DNA of 64,000 nt from Dudresnaya verticillata (taxonomy: Eukaryota). Below, one piece after another: positions 12,511 to 24,723 of this stretch; the stretch's first letter is position 1, and each line of letters begins with the position of its first letter. Made by a program: the position numbers and the translations under genes. The stretch spans positions 2,170,001 to 2,234,000 of the forward strand of contig OZ374564.1 of the NCBI GenBank assembly GCA_977862235.1, in the 5' to 3' direction. The notes beneath the pieces are model-generated. The model made no database searches. It saw nothing but the letters and a program-made list of their open reading frames with translations, and was not told where the DNA came from.

Positions 12511-15100
12511 GCCTGCGGCGGTGGTCATGGCGCTGCATAGCGATTGACCATCGTCGGATGACGCTCTGCCGCGTGCGGCATGGGTCAGTCTCGTGGCGAT
12601 TGTGGTCGTGCAGCACGGCGAGCAGCGTCGCGGGTCGCGTGTTCCTTGCAAAGTACATACGCATCTGCGGGGATACCAGCCTTATCGGCTTCGGTTAGTA
12701 CTTCATAGTTGGTAATAACCTTCATAAAGTCGCTCATGCGGAGGAAGCAGTCCGGCGCGATGCGTCAGCGAGCAAAACATTGGTGGCACACCAGCTGCCG
12801 ACGCGCGTCTTGACGGGGCGGACCTCTGTCCTGCCATCCGGGCCTTGCCCGGTGAACGTGAGAGGCATACTCGGAATATGGAACGCGTGACGCGGGCACG
12901 ACCGAGCTCCCAAAGGCGAGAGCGGGGTCCATTTCCCTCGCGTCTTCATCATCGACGTAACTGTCCGTCGGTAGAGCCGAAGTTGGCACCGACGCTTGCT
13001 CGTCTGCCAAGTAGAGGTCGCCTTCGGCGTGTGTTTCCATGTAGTCGACAGGGCGGCTAGCGTCTCGGAACTCGACGGAGGACTCCGTTATCATAGCGCG
13101 CGCTCCAGGCTTTGCGCCTCTCGTCTGTGGACGCAGTACACCTCGGGCATCGCCGATGGCGGGTCGCGATGTGCGTACGGCTTGAGCCGATGTCAGTAGG
13201 TCACGTCGTGCTGACGCGGAACCGGCCCTGCCGTGTCGTGCGCGGTTGGCATCCCCTTCGTCCTGCGCGAAGTGGACCAGCCGCTCAAAGGACAACTCCG
13301 CCATTGGCGTTTCTTCTCGGAAGCGAGCGACCAGGGACCTGATGGATGGGTCCAACCCGTCGATGTACAGCGTCATCTTTTACCAATCGGGATATACGTT
13401 ACCGCAAAGAACACACGCACCGGCTAGCCGCATCCCATAGGTCGTCTCGTCCTCGCCTTTCTTCTGGACAGTCGACCGTAGGGCGAGGACAGCGTCCCTG
13501 ATCGCCGCTGGCGTAGCATACGTACGAAGGAAGTACTGTACCGCCTTCGGATACGAGGACACCCCGCCGCGATAGCGAGAAGACGTCGACTTGACGGAGC
13601 GGAATTGCGTGGCTGCCGTAACTCGCAAGAAGTACGACAGTGCGACGAACGCTTGGGCTTCGCTCATCTCCACCGTATCGGCTTCATCCGCGAAACGCGT
13701 CAGGAACTCCAGGACCATGACAGGGTCGCTGCCGTTGAAGGCGGCGTCCTTCATGGTCAGCTCCAAGCTCTTAATATGGCCCTTGAACTTACCCGTGTCG
13801 CGCCCTGAGCGTTTTTGCCCTACGTCTTTGAGACGGTAAGTCATGTACGATAATAACTGATCGAAAAGGGGGTTGGAGGGGCGTAGCTCCTTCAACCCCT
13901 TGAACCGCTTTCCGCGAGGTCTTGCGGCACTGCCGAGAGCTGGGAAGTCGTCGTCTTCAGACGAAGCGTCTGACGACTCTCTGTCACTTGACGAGTCCGA
14001 AGCGGACGAGGACGAGTCCCCATGTCGATGACGGTTCTTCTTCCGTCCATGACGCAGCTTGCGGCGGCGTCTCTTCCGATCCTTGCGTCTGTGACGATCT
14101 TCGCACGAGCTCTCGTCACCCGACGGTGGACCGTTGCGCCACTTGGCGGTTTCGAGACGCTCTAAGCGAGTCGCCAGTTGCTGAAAGCGTTGGCGTGAGC
14201 TAAGCTCAGAGTGCGAATGAACCGTTACTACCGGCGGTGGTTGTGTACCCTCGCCTTGGACGTTTTGGTTCGTCAATAGACGGTCGAGGTCGGAGCGAAG
14301 CCCTTGTAGGGCGCCGTCTCGATTTTCTTCCAACGTCTGTAGACGACTTGCGATTCCTCCTACACTGTCGTCCAGCAACCCGGCGAACCTAGCGAGCATA
14401 GCATCGTCTTCCAAGACGCATACCTCTCGGATCCGTCCGCGTGGTATCGTTAAGTTACTCACGCGGACGGCCGAGGGTGACGCCGTTGGCGGTTGGCTTT
14501 CGCGGTTTGACCAGTCGGGCGTTCCTTGCGCCCTTTGGCTCGGCGACTTCGGCTTAGCGGCGAACAACCGGCACTGCTGTGGGGAGTGGGGCAACATGCC
14601 CTGGGTGTCAATGGGTCGTCCGCGACGTTGCGCTCCGCGGAGTGCCCTTGATCGTCGTTGACAGGGATAGTTGGTTGATCCGGAAGTTCCGGTTGTCCCT
14701 CGACGATGTCGGCTTGTGTTCCGTCTACGACGTCCTGTTGCTCGGCTTGTACTGTATCAGCTGAGTCAACGTAGGAGCGGTAGGTGCGGAGGGCCGATCC
14801 TTCGGGGACTGAGGTGCGGACGACGACGGGGATGCGCGTCGGCGGGGGAGGTAATTCTCCTCCGTTGAGCGACGCGTGGGAGCCTGCGTGGCCGTGGCCC
14901 GGGGTAGCGTCGGGAACGCTGACGCGATCTCCGGGCTTACGAGGCGCCCAGACCTCGTTGTCATCCGCTGTAGCGACCGTTCCGACGCGGGGACACTCCC
15001 AGGCGTCGATGACGGTCTTCTTGAACTTGGGCCTCGCGACGGCGGCGGTCGTGAGGCCATAATGCAGTCGTAGAGTTGCTTGAACGTCGTGGACGATTAC
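12501..15100 (-). pseudogene. gag: gag, frameshifted
   Basis: FNGSDPVMVLEFL...MSEAQAF, homologous to the gag proteins at 50594-52501 and 56270-58720. Confidence 0.8.
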
Positions 15101-15181
15101 CGACGAACGTCTGAAGACGGAAAGTCGAAGACGGAAAGTCGGACGTCGCACGACGGAGTAACTCGTTGAAACGTAGCACAA

Positions 15182-15199
15182 TTCTAGGTCGGGAGACCA
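15182..15199 (-). promoter_or_regulatory. Primer-binding site TGGTCTCCCGACCTAGAA
   Basis: TGG-initiated 18-mer 2 nt after the LTR end, 17/18 identical to the PBS at 56200. Confidence 0.85.
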
Positions 15200-15201
15200 G
15201 A

Positions 15202-16101
15202 TGTGGTGCAAACGTCTGAAGACGGTACACCGCCGAGCAGTTCGGGGCTCGGTGGGTAGCTGCGGCCGTGGCGGTGAGTAGCCTCGCCTTGGGCGGCTTG
15301 TGGTAGAGCAGAGGACACGCCTTGGGCGGACTGTAGACGCCCGAGGCGGAAAGGAAGGGAAAAGGGAACAGAAAGGAAACACGTCAAGGACGGTGATAGA
15401 CGTGGAAGCACGGGAGGTAGACGCTTGAGCCGTAGGCAGCGGTAGGATACGCGCGTGCGGAACGGGGAAGTCTGGACCAAGGCCGGCTTGCCCGGGCGTT
15501 TACTGCTACGTCTGGGACGGCTTACCTAAGTATAGTACGGTGGTGCGGCGGCGGCGGTGCGTGTGCGTAGCGCGGGAACTCGGGACACGTGTCGTCCCGA
15601 GGCGCGTCTGACAGATCACTCATCGCATGCCGCCGCGCGCCTGACGGGCTGCCGCGCAACCCGCTGCGTGGGTGCTTACATGCACACGTGGACGCGTGTG
15701 CCTTACAGCTGTGCGCGCGCGTGTACTGTAGAGCGTGCGCCTTTGATCTAATCCGATACTTGTCTGATCCCGATCCCATCCGGATCCGGGCCAGCAATGC
15801 GAGCACTCGCAGCCTTACGCGTATCTTACACCTCAGGCGATCCGGATGGCCAATCTGGATACCGGATCCGGATCCCATCTGGATCCTTATTACAGTGCCC
15901 CGGGGCGCCATGTCGGCCCATCACCGTACAGTGCCCGCGTGGCGCGCGCCGCGCAGCGTGCGCGCGCGCCCCAGTGAGCCGTCGATGACGTGTGCGCGCG
16001 CCAACGGCGGTGGTGAGCGCCGGTGGCGGTTTCTCCGTCGGTCGATGTATTTGTTGCTGCCCGCTTTCAGCGAAAAAGGGCTCACCTCCACTTGCACCAC
16101 A
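15202..16101 (-). repeat. 5' LTR, family A (900 bp)
   Basis: Perfect 10-bp inverted termini TGTGGTGCAA...TTGCACCACA, followed by a PBS. Confidence 0.9.
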
Positions 16102-16692
16102 CAGAGGCGCTCCTCGTTCGTGAGTAGGAGCGCAGCGGCGCGTCATAAATCAGCCAATACGAGGTGTCCAACTGGTGTCATTACAATACCACGTGTAAGC
16201 CACGTGTACAGCTGTAACGCCACGTGTACACACGTGTACACACGTGTATCCCACGTGTCATCCACGTGCCATCAACGTGTCCAGCGATGAAAGGACAGTT
16301 GTCCTGATTAAGGGACAGTCTGTCCCGCGAAAAGAAGGGCGCTCCTGTAAGCCCTTCCGCTGACAGCGTCCATACTGCCACATTTGGGTTTCTTTCCCAG
16401 TACTTCCCCCTACGGCTTCCCTCTTTCCCTAGCCGCCTAGGCTTTCCTTTTCCCTTCCCTACCGACAGCTTCGGGCCACCCCACGACGGGGACGCAGGGA
16501 TCCGGCCGCTGCCGTCCACGTGGTCCGCCTCATGCGCGCTCAGGCTTTGACGCGGTTGATCGGCGACCGTTGACGGCGCACGCGGCAGATACCACCGCTC
16601 TACCACCTACTGTTACCACCCTTCGACTGGTCTGGGTGCGACTACGAGACCAGCCGCGCTAGACGTCAGTTCGACCTGACGTCTATGCCACA
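16102..16692 (+). repeat. Partial LTR, family C (3' part)
   Basis: The 3' end GACGTCAGTTCGACCTGACGTCTATGCCACA matches the ends of 19567-20340 and of 24724- (minus strand). Confidence 0.75.
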
Positions 16693-16986
16693 GAGATAGC
16701 CGGAGGGACCGGGTCGGTCCCAGCCAGGTCATCGATATTTTCGGCAGCGGAATATGTGTGAGTATCATAGGTGGACTGAGTAGCTGACGCACCTGGTGGT
16801 TTCACCGAGCTCGTTAGCACACCTCCCGAATGCCCGGAACTGCCGGTCGAGGTCCCTGGAGTTCCACCTCGAGGTGCTCGAGGTGGCAGAAACTGGACCA
16901 GTAGCCTTTCCTTGTAGAACGCTTCCAACTTGCGCTGGTAAAATGCCTCTTGTTTCCAAACTCCGCACCGTGATTGTGCATCCCGT

Positions 16987-17425
16987 TGTAATACAGTGAA
17001 GGGCTTACAGAAGTGGGCCCTCTGCCCTCGTGTATGCGCTGAAATAGCGTTACCTATAGGGCGCCAACAGGGACAAGACGGGTGGTCTATGATTGGTCCA
17101 AGTGTCACCCTGGTGGTCAGTAGCTTAGTACATGTCTATTTATTTTATAAATTATAGCTTAGGATAGGGGCGTGTATATAGCCCAGTATGAGGGGTGCTG
17201 CTGACACTGACAGTCAGAGTACCATATAAGGGTATCTCCCGTAGCGGTCGCTGTACAGCAAAGGAAAGCACCTTCCGGCCCCAACTACGTCTCCAAGCTA
17301 TCGGCACCGCAGCACACTTGTCACCCGTGCCCGGTTAACCGCCCTCCCAGTGAACTACCTTCAGTATCGTGCTTCCAATCAGGTTACGTGCCCTCGTCTA
17401 CCCTCTGGGTTCCTCCTGCTCTACC
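16987..17425 (+). repeat. Probable LTR fragment of another family
   Basis: Begins TGTAATAC, has a TATA-like TATAAG near 17226, and 17331-17377 recurs at 25583-25628. Boundaries uncertain. Confidence 0.35.
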
Positions 17426-17479
17426 ACCGCTACCAGGTACCCGCTCTGTGGCTTTCTCATTGAGTGCACTCTTTGCGTT

Positions 17480-19560
17480 CACAGCAGACCAAAAAAGGTA
17501 CTTCCTTACACCCGTGAATAGTAGGTGTTTGGGCCCAAACTTCCCATGCCCTATCACCCTGCCGAAAGTCTCACACAAAGATGAAATCTCATGGAGCATT
17601 TCCCTGCACAGGCATTTGACGTCTGAGACATCGAAACCTCACCTTCACGCCTCCGCTGTTTTTCTGACATACTGCTTCGTGAATAAGAAGCCACTCTTCG
17701 CAAACTGGACTGCATATTCCACATAGTTCTCAGTGCGCCCGAGTAGATGTAATGTAATATTTTTGTTAACTCTCCGCCGCGCTGACCTTTCGTCCGGCGG
17801 AAGGAGGTTAGGGACTGTGGAACCTTCATCAACCGCGGGGGCAGCATTGAAGCTCTGAACCAGAGGGGCGGGGTGGTCTTCAGCAGTGTTTGCAGCGGGT
17901 TCTGCAGCCGGCGATGCAATAAGCGATTCTGTTGAGGCTTTGGAGGTTGCAGTTCGACATGAAATGGGAGGTGGTGTGGGATGATGAGGGGATTGCCCCT
18001 CTGCTCTGCAACTCATTATCTGCTCGCTTCTCTGCCCGCGTAACTACAAAGTTAGGAATGCCTCGCTCGAAACGATGGGCGATAGGTCCAGCACGTCTAT
18101 CATTTTCAGGTCCTGCAGACAGACGCCGAGACACGTACAGTGGTGGACTGGCTCGAGGGCCTTTTCTCATAGCATTCAATTGGACGGGCACGTCGCTGTC
18201 ACTGTTGGAGCTGGACCTGGAGCTCACAGCACGAGGCCTACCGCTCGTGAGCTCTGCTCCACGGGGTATTGTCCACGGATTCGTCCTCACTCGCGAAACA
18301 TACTGGCGACGTAGTGCCCTCTCCTCCTTACGCCGTTCTGACACAGACGGCACAGACGACAGCGCTGTAGGCTGTAAAAACATGTCCATGTCACTATCGC
18401 TGCTGCTGAAGATGGAATCCAGCCGTAATCCAGATATATCCATCTGGGGGCCTCCGGGCCTGAGACCAGGCGCCGAGCTCGGTGGCAGCCTTCGCCGACT
18501 CCGACTCGGTGCGTTCGTTGGTACTATACGTGGCTGTACTGAGCGGAGCTTCCTGACTCCGTGTACCATCTGTCGGGGGCCGTATAAGCTCTAGAAAGCC
18601 CTCATCGTCGTTAGAACGTTCCAAATCAATTGGAGGGTGCTCACACAAGCCGTATGCCTGCCTTGCCCTGACTTGTACAGAGTTTTCATCCGAGTCTGGC
18701 ACTATTTTTAGCGCTCTCGTCGACGGCGGTGTAACGCTGGGCTATGAAAACTTCCATTGTGAGGCCAGCTGAGAGAAAAGAACACGCTCGATGGTGTTTC
18801 TACTGAAACCACCCTCACGGTTCGCCAGACATGTCTTCAAATGAGCGAACAGAGCTCTAAAGGACCCTTTCCAGATCTTCCCAGTGATAGATGGGCTATA
18901 GTGCGGGTGATACGCGTCAAAAGGAATGTCATCAAAAAACCGCGCATACCTGCCCTGTTCAATCGTATACAATCCGCAATGACATAGAAACCTCAGCTAT
19001 GCGAATCCTGTTGCTTCACAAATCCCAAATGTGAGCGACTGATCATGATGCTATTTGGAGACACAGACAACAATACCAAAGGGAACAGCTCCCGAACCAG
19101 TCCGGCAATCAGTTCCAAACGCGCTTTGGGGGTTCCGAGCCGGGGCACATGGCGAGACTGTCACCCCAGTATAACACGCCAGTTCCTGTTGGTTCCGGTG
19201 TCGCCTCGTTTGCAATATCGTCATGGAAGCCGACGTCCAAATGCACCATACCGAAATGGAATTCATGGCATACCAAAAATGCTTCTGTGGTGCGCTTCTG
19301 GTCGCTGCTTCACAGTAGCTGACGAATGCCCAAGTGGCATCCCTGCTTCACATACCAATCTGCGCTTGATTGCAGGCCTTGTGTGATGAGAACTGTAGTG
19401 AATACGTGACGCGCAACGCTGACCGTCGGAAAAAAGCCCACGGAATTCACGCTGAGTTCTTTCATGAATGTGTTGTTCATGTTTCCAGGGTGTGTCAGAT
19501 GAAGCCAACCTGATGTTCCACTTGAGTTGCGCTCTTGTCCACTCGGCGCCACAGTTTTGT
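17480..19560 (-). pseudogene. Ulp1/C48 SUMO-protease domain followed by a MuDR/FAR1-type zinc-finger domain (Mutator-like remnant)
   Basis: CHEFHFGMVHLD...VLYWGDSL (~19150-19280) and KQQDSHS*GFYVIA (~18975-19020, catalytic Cys codon now TGA). Stitched across frameshifts: YAVQFAKSGF..VRFRC..KCSMRFHL..WEV..IHGC (17510-17730). Confidence 0.6.
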
Positions 19561-19566
19561 AGTAGC

Positions 19567-20340
19567 TGTAGTATAGCTGTCAGCACCCTACCAGCAGCGG
19601 CTGTAAGGTATGCTGGCAGCCCTGCACTGTAATAGTGCACACGATGACGCCCGCTGGCGAGTCGTGGTTGGGCAGCGTGCCCTTAGTTTTTTCGTTGAAT
19701 TAGTAGCGGTCGACCGCATTTCTGCCGGCAGCGGCCGCGCGCCGTGTCGCACACGGCGCGCCCCTGTGACACTCTCCGGCATCGAGCCGTTGAGAGGGCC
19801 GCTGCCCGTTACGCCCCGCGCGCGCCCACGGGTAACCGTTACCCGGACGTGTCGACACGTGCATGGGCGCGCGCTCGCACACCTCCCGCATTGGTGTTGT
19901 GGGGCGCACCTACCGTAGAAGTAGTCGTAGTGCACATAGTGTAGGGTATTTAAGACGGTCGGCCATCGACGGCTCAGTAAACCGGGCAAGCAACAGCTCG
20001 CGCTGAAGCTTGCCCCCAGCCTTTTCGGGTTCGATCCCTTTGCCTTACGCCAGCGGGCGGTTTCCCTTTTTCCCCGTGCCTCGCTAGGCTTTCCCCTTTC
20101 CTTTTCCTTTCCGTCGGCTTCGTGCCGCCCTTCGACAGGGACGCTGGGATCCGGCGGCTGCCTACCCACGTACGGTACGCCCCGTACGCGCTCCGGCATC
20201 GACGCCGTCGATCCGCACCTGCGGGGCGCACGCGGCCGACACCGCTCTACCAACCCCAACAGCTACCCATCGACGGGTCTGTGTGGCGGCTTCGGACCAG
20301 CAAGTATCAGACGTCGGATCGACCCGACGTCTATACTACA
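19567..20340 (+). repeat. Solo LTR, family C (774 bp) with TSD GTAGC
   Basis: TGTAGTATAG...CTATACTACA, with GTAGC at 19562-19566 and 20341-20345. Confidence 0.95.
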
Positions 20341-20361
20341 GTAGCGTACGAAAAAGCCCGA

Positions 20362-20559
20362 TCGTCAGCATCAGCGAAACAACCCGCGTCTTCCATTCTA
20401 CGGAGAAACGTACTGCGCCGGGCCTTACTGCTTTGATACGGATGCATTACGAGGGGGTGGTCGTCAGCATCAGCGAAACAACCCGCGTCTTCCATTCTAC
20501 GGAGAAACGTACTGCGCCGGGCCTTACTGCTTTGATACGGATGCATTACGAGGGGGTGG
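20362..20559. repeat. Exact tandem duplication, 2 x 99 bp
   Basis: 20362-20460 is identical to 20461-20559. Confidence 0.95.
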
Positions 20560-20917
20560 TGGGCTGGGGGGACAGGCCGTGGCCACCGCCGGCGCGCAGA
20601 AAATGATGCGGAGGTACAGGCTGGCTGGTGGGTGGTGGATGGCGGGGTGGGCGTGGGGGTGGGGCTGATGCCCATGACCGCGGGTGGGAAGGGCAGTCCG
20701 TCAACGCGCTGGTGCACCCCGGATTATCTTCCCGCTGTTTGAAATTCAAACCGGTTCCGCACGGGTTGTTTGTCATGTTTTGGCACCGCCACCGGGTCGG
20801 ACAGGCGTAACGCCGAACGTCCAGCATTGCTGGCCTGTCGGGGGTGTGTGGGGGGCGCGGGACATGCGCCGTGAGAAGGATGATTAGGATGATTAGATGG
20901 AGGCAGGACACGCGTCC

Positions 20918-21035
20918 TTAGCTGGGGACGAAACGGATATGGGGCTCGTGATTGGCCGAGATCGGTCAGTCAACTATCTGGGGACGAAAAGAGTGGAGCC
21001 AATTGGATGCCAAGTTTAGCTGGAGACGAAACGCT
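20918..21035. repeat. Three spaced direct repeats TA(G/T)CTGG(G/A)GACGAAA
   Basis: Copies near 20918, 20975 and 21016. Confidence 0.7.
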
Positions 21036-21299
21036 ATTGATCAATCATCGGGCTAGGGACCAACTTGATTGAAACCCCTGGCACCCCGGGTGCCAAGGTA
21101 CATCCCCGCACCCCCTCCCCTTTTTTGAGTTTTTCATAAAACCCTTGGGGAGGCACGTGACCTTCACCCCTGTAATGCTCTAGTCTTGAAGCGCCTCCAA
21201 CAGTGCGGATCCGGAATCCCGGTACGCGAGATCTCAAGCTCTTTACCCATGTCCCCATACGGCGCCTAATATTTTCCCCAGATCACTTGATATATCCGC

Positions 21300-21950
21300 G
21301 CGCGCCAACCTTGTGTTATGATGCCGTTCACAGCGTTTCACCACGCCACCCCAATGCCCCGACATCGTCTAGCACTTCTCCCCCGCACAGTACAGTTTGC
21401 GCCCTCGGTAAGATGGGGAATACGCACACGCATTGCACACAAACTTCGCCCAAAGTTCGAAATGACCACCAGAACCACCGCCCTTGGCATATAAAAATCA
21501 TTCTCAGCTACATCTAAGAAGGCCCACCACGAGACTACGTACAATTCCACAATTTTACCACTGCACCCGCGATATACCCACCATCGTTTCCTTACTGTCT
21601 TCTCTTATGCTAGAAAACAGATATCGACAGAATTTGTATGCCATTTTGCGACGCAGGCGAGTGAGACGGATTTTCATCGCCATTCGTATATTATCCCTTT
21701 GTATTTGATGCACTGCGCTCGGAGTGGAGTCTAACACGGTACCGCAGGAATGTAACAGGATCCTCTGGTTCGAAGGGAAAGTATTCGCGACAGTCGATGC
21801 AGAGAGAAACAAAAAATTGTGGTGAAGTGAGTTCCGGTATCCAAGACGGTGGGAATGGATATAGTGCGACCTGAACCGTTGTGAGAGGTGTGAAGCATAT
21901 GAACGCGTACATGTACCCATATCGGTGTTGTGCTCATTCCTGTGTGCAAA
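21300..21950 (-). pseudogene. Fragment of unknown 'cargo A' gene
   Basis: RYRVRLHSERSASNTKG and RLTRLRRKMAYKF resemble YRVSFNGELLSNTRDG (37.6 kb) and LSLRRRQPLMGYMF (6.8 kb). Confidence 0.4.
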
Positions 21951-21959
21951 TGAGCATTC

Positions 21960-23259
21960 TTGCAGCTGTACATGTACAGCAGTGCAGCGCATCAACCTAG
22001 CGGAGGAGTTGTAGTGTTTATTCTTTATTTTTAGTGAGTATCTGTACAGTGTATAGAGTAGCGCGCCTGCCAATGAGCATTTCACGCATGTCCCTGTCGG
22101 AGATTGGGACCAGCAAGGCCGGTTCCACAACGGGGTCAGGCCATCAGGGTCTGACCCACACGGACCGGACCGCTCAGTGCCACCCTGACTTGTATATCAG
22201 GGCGGCACCACAGCTGCTCCTAAGATAAATGGACGAGCAACCCTTGATCCTCAAGGCGATTGCAGCTCTTTCCTTTACGGTTTTCCCCTCTCCGAGCCGT
22301 TTGTGGTCTACTACCACCACCGTTACGGATTCCTTCCCGGCACTTGTACCACCCCCTTGTCTGTTGCTTCCCAATACCGGTTTCGGTTAGCCGCTCGCTA
22401 GTCTCCCTGTCGGTGCGAACTGATCTACCGCCCTGCGGAGGTAGTGTCGCTCTCGTGCCGTGAAGGGAAGTAAGGCCAGCTGTCCGTTATGTGGTGCAAC
22501 GCCCGGGCTCCCTGGACATGGGTTTTGATAACCCTTTTTCTGTGCGCGACCATGCTCGTCCGCGACGCGCACTGGCAAGCTCGGATCACCCATTGGCCAG
22601 TGGTCAACCACCATAGCGGGCCCGCCGTCGTCTTTACAGGGCCTAACTCGCCGCGTTACAGACACCGCCACGCAATCGCGCGCACGACACGCGCAACACG
22701 CGTGAAACGTGCACACACACGCACGCGCGCGTCATTACAAGTCTTACATCGTTCTGGCGTCTGTGTACAGTAGGTAAACTGTGCTACTGTAGTGTTAGTT
22801 TGTTGTACTCTAGGGTTAGTTTATTTCCTAGTGTACAGTAGCCCTAGTCTCCATCGCCGCGGCGCCACTGCCGGCGGTGGGACTTAACGGGCTAGGAACA
22901 CCCTCCTACAGTATGCGTAACCAAGCTTTGGTACCACACTGAGGGTACCCCTACCTCCGTGCGCTTGGTAAGAGAAGCCATCGCGGAGCTAGGCTACGTA
23001 CGCCTGTGGTGCTGACACCTCTTCCCCTTCGTGCACACACGCTACGTTGTGCAGCGCTCTCGCCTTCAAGCACACTACGCGTTCACACTGGCTTCTGTGT
23101 GTGTTTACAGTCCGCACACTGGGGCCTTCCCCTTGCTCTACCCTACTACGCGCCGATGACCGCGGCTACCCTCCCACGCCGGACTCGTGGGTGTGCTGGT
23201 TGCGACCCTCACTCGGAGGGTTGCACTACACGTTACAGAATCGCGTGGGTTTCACTACA
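21960..23259 (+). repeat. LTR-like repeat, family D, interrupted by a solo LTR
   Basis: 22000-22400 aligns with 24220-24610 and the repeat ends CACTACA at 23259. The 5' boundary is approximate. Confidence 0.55.
22490..23230 (+). repeat. Solo LTR (741 bp) with TSD CGTTA
   Basis: TGTGGTGCAA...TTGCACTACA, with CGTTA at 22485-22489 and 23231-23235. Confidence 0.92.
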
Positions 23260-23386
23260 CCAAAAAAATGACTAAACCCCGTAGGGAAACCTCCTACCTC
23301 CTGATCCGAGGCTCAAAAACGGGAAGCAGGAGTTTCATTTAGGACCTTGCTGTGATCCGCAATGTTTGATCTCACTTTGATATAAC

Positions 23387-23757
23387 TGTGAAATAAGCGC
23401 TGTTAGCAAATCAATTCCGTGGTCCACGTCAAAATAATTGAGAAATACGAATTTCGAAGGGACTTTGTGATTACGCTTGCCACGGTGGCCCACTCATTTA
23501 TGCGCTGCACTGTATTCGAGATTTCTACAACCTATCATTCTTACCGCTCTTTCTTGCGCAAACGACTCTGAGGCCCACGGTGAGCGTGGCACGCTCAAGC
23601 GCACTGCGCCTCCGTATGCATTGCTGGTGTATCTTGTATCCCCCACCATACGCGAGACTACTGTTCGCAGGCTCCGAGGCCGTTGCGAATTAGCCAAGTG
23701 CGAACCGTCTCCCGGGTTGACGTGTATTAGTGCTCTTGTAGTAGTATTTATACAGTC
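23387..23757 (+). repeat. 5' part of an LTR related to 55355-56198
   Basis: Shares AAAATAAT.GAGAAATACGAATTTCGAA, CCTCCGTATGCAT and CGAACCGTCTCCCG. Cut by the family A LTR end at 23758. Confidence 0.8.
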
Positions 23758-24070
23758 TGTAGTGCAAACGTCCTGGATGAAACACCGCCGAGCAGTTCGG
23801 GGCTCGGTGGGTAGCGACGCTTTAGTCGGTGGGTAGCCGCGCTTCAGGCGGTAGTGGTAGAGAGGTTTACGACGCCTTGGGCAGACTTTAAACGCCCCGG
23901 GCGGAAATGAAGAACAAAAGAAGACAATAGAAAACACGTTATCGACGGGGGCTGATCGTGGAAGCCTGGAGAGCTGGACGCGTGAGCCTTGAGGCCAGCC
24001 GGTAGGTATGCATGGCGTGGAAGGGGTAGTCTGGACTAGAGCCGGCTTTCCGGGATTTACTCCAACGTGT
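23758..24070 (-). repeat. 3' part of a family A LTR
   Basis: TGTAGTGCAAACGTC...CACCGCCGAGCAGTTCGGGGCTCGGTGGGTAGC, as at 15202-15260. Confidence 0.85.
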
Positions 24071-24169
24071 GGTGAAGTGGCCGCTGTGAGATTCCCGACG
24101 CCGGTTGAGCCGACTCGCGACCGGTGCACCGGTGAGCTTGCGCCAAAAGCCGAAGCGGAGTGCAGCGGC

Positions 24170-24723
24170 ACCGTAGCACTGTATGCCTGGCTGGAACCTG
24201 CGGCGCCCACCAATCGGAACCAAGTTGTTGATTTATTTTTAAGTAGGTAACTGTAATTATTCTGTACAGTAAGTAGTGTAATGCCGGCCAATAGGAATGC
24301 CGAGCACGTCCACAACGTGGACTAGGACCAGTAGGGCCAGATCCATCCGATGGACCACACCCATCCGGGTCTGGCCCTCACGGACCGCGCCGCGGGGCAT
24401 CTCTCACACTATTTAATGTTTGGTCACCGCGGACACTGCAGTAAACCGGCAAGCAACCCTGGGCAAAGTCCTTTACCCTAAGCGTTATCCTCGTACTCCT
24501 TCACGGTTTCCCCGCACTAGTCCCGTCCACGGATATCTCTATCTCCGTCTCTGTGTAACTGCTCCGACACTGTACGGTTCCCCTTGTCCGTTGCTTCCCG
24601 TTCCTTCTTACTGGCAGCCCACGGTACTCCCTTCGGTCTACTAACTGAGCTCTACAACGCCTGTTTCGTTTGAACACTCCTTATTGGGATTGTCTGATCA
24701 GATCTCCTTACAGGTGTGCCTCT
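24170..24723 (+). repeat. Second family D LTR-like fragment
   Basis: Shares GGGTCTG.CCC.CACGGACCG and CCCCTTGTC.GTTGCTTCCC with 22147-22372. Confidence 0.55.

Larger units (their letters stand above)
10837..16101 (-). mobile_element. Ty3/Gypsy retrotransposon 1: 5' LTR, PBS, gag, protease and RT truncated by the abutting LTR
   Basis: Order LTR-PBS-gag (CHQC knuckle remnant)-protease (LDTAAG)-RT ([30 protein letters not shown]). RT stops at 10837. Confidence 0.9.

Noticed and set aside
9922..16101. DIRS element with inverted terminal repeats
   Set aside because: The arms are diverged TG...CA LTRs with their own PPT or PBS, a protease is present and there is no tyrosine recombinase. A nested insertion explains it.
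20900..21035. Hammerhead ribozyme suggested by GTCC...GGACGAAAC
   Set aside because: No CTGANGA core precedes the stem.
20918..21035. CRISPR-like spaced repeats
   Set aside because: Only three short degenerate repeats with uneven spacers and no cas genes.
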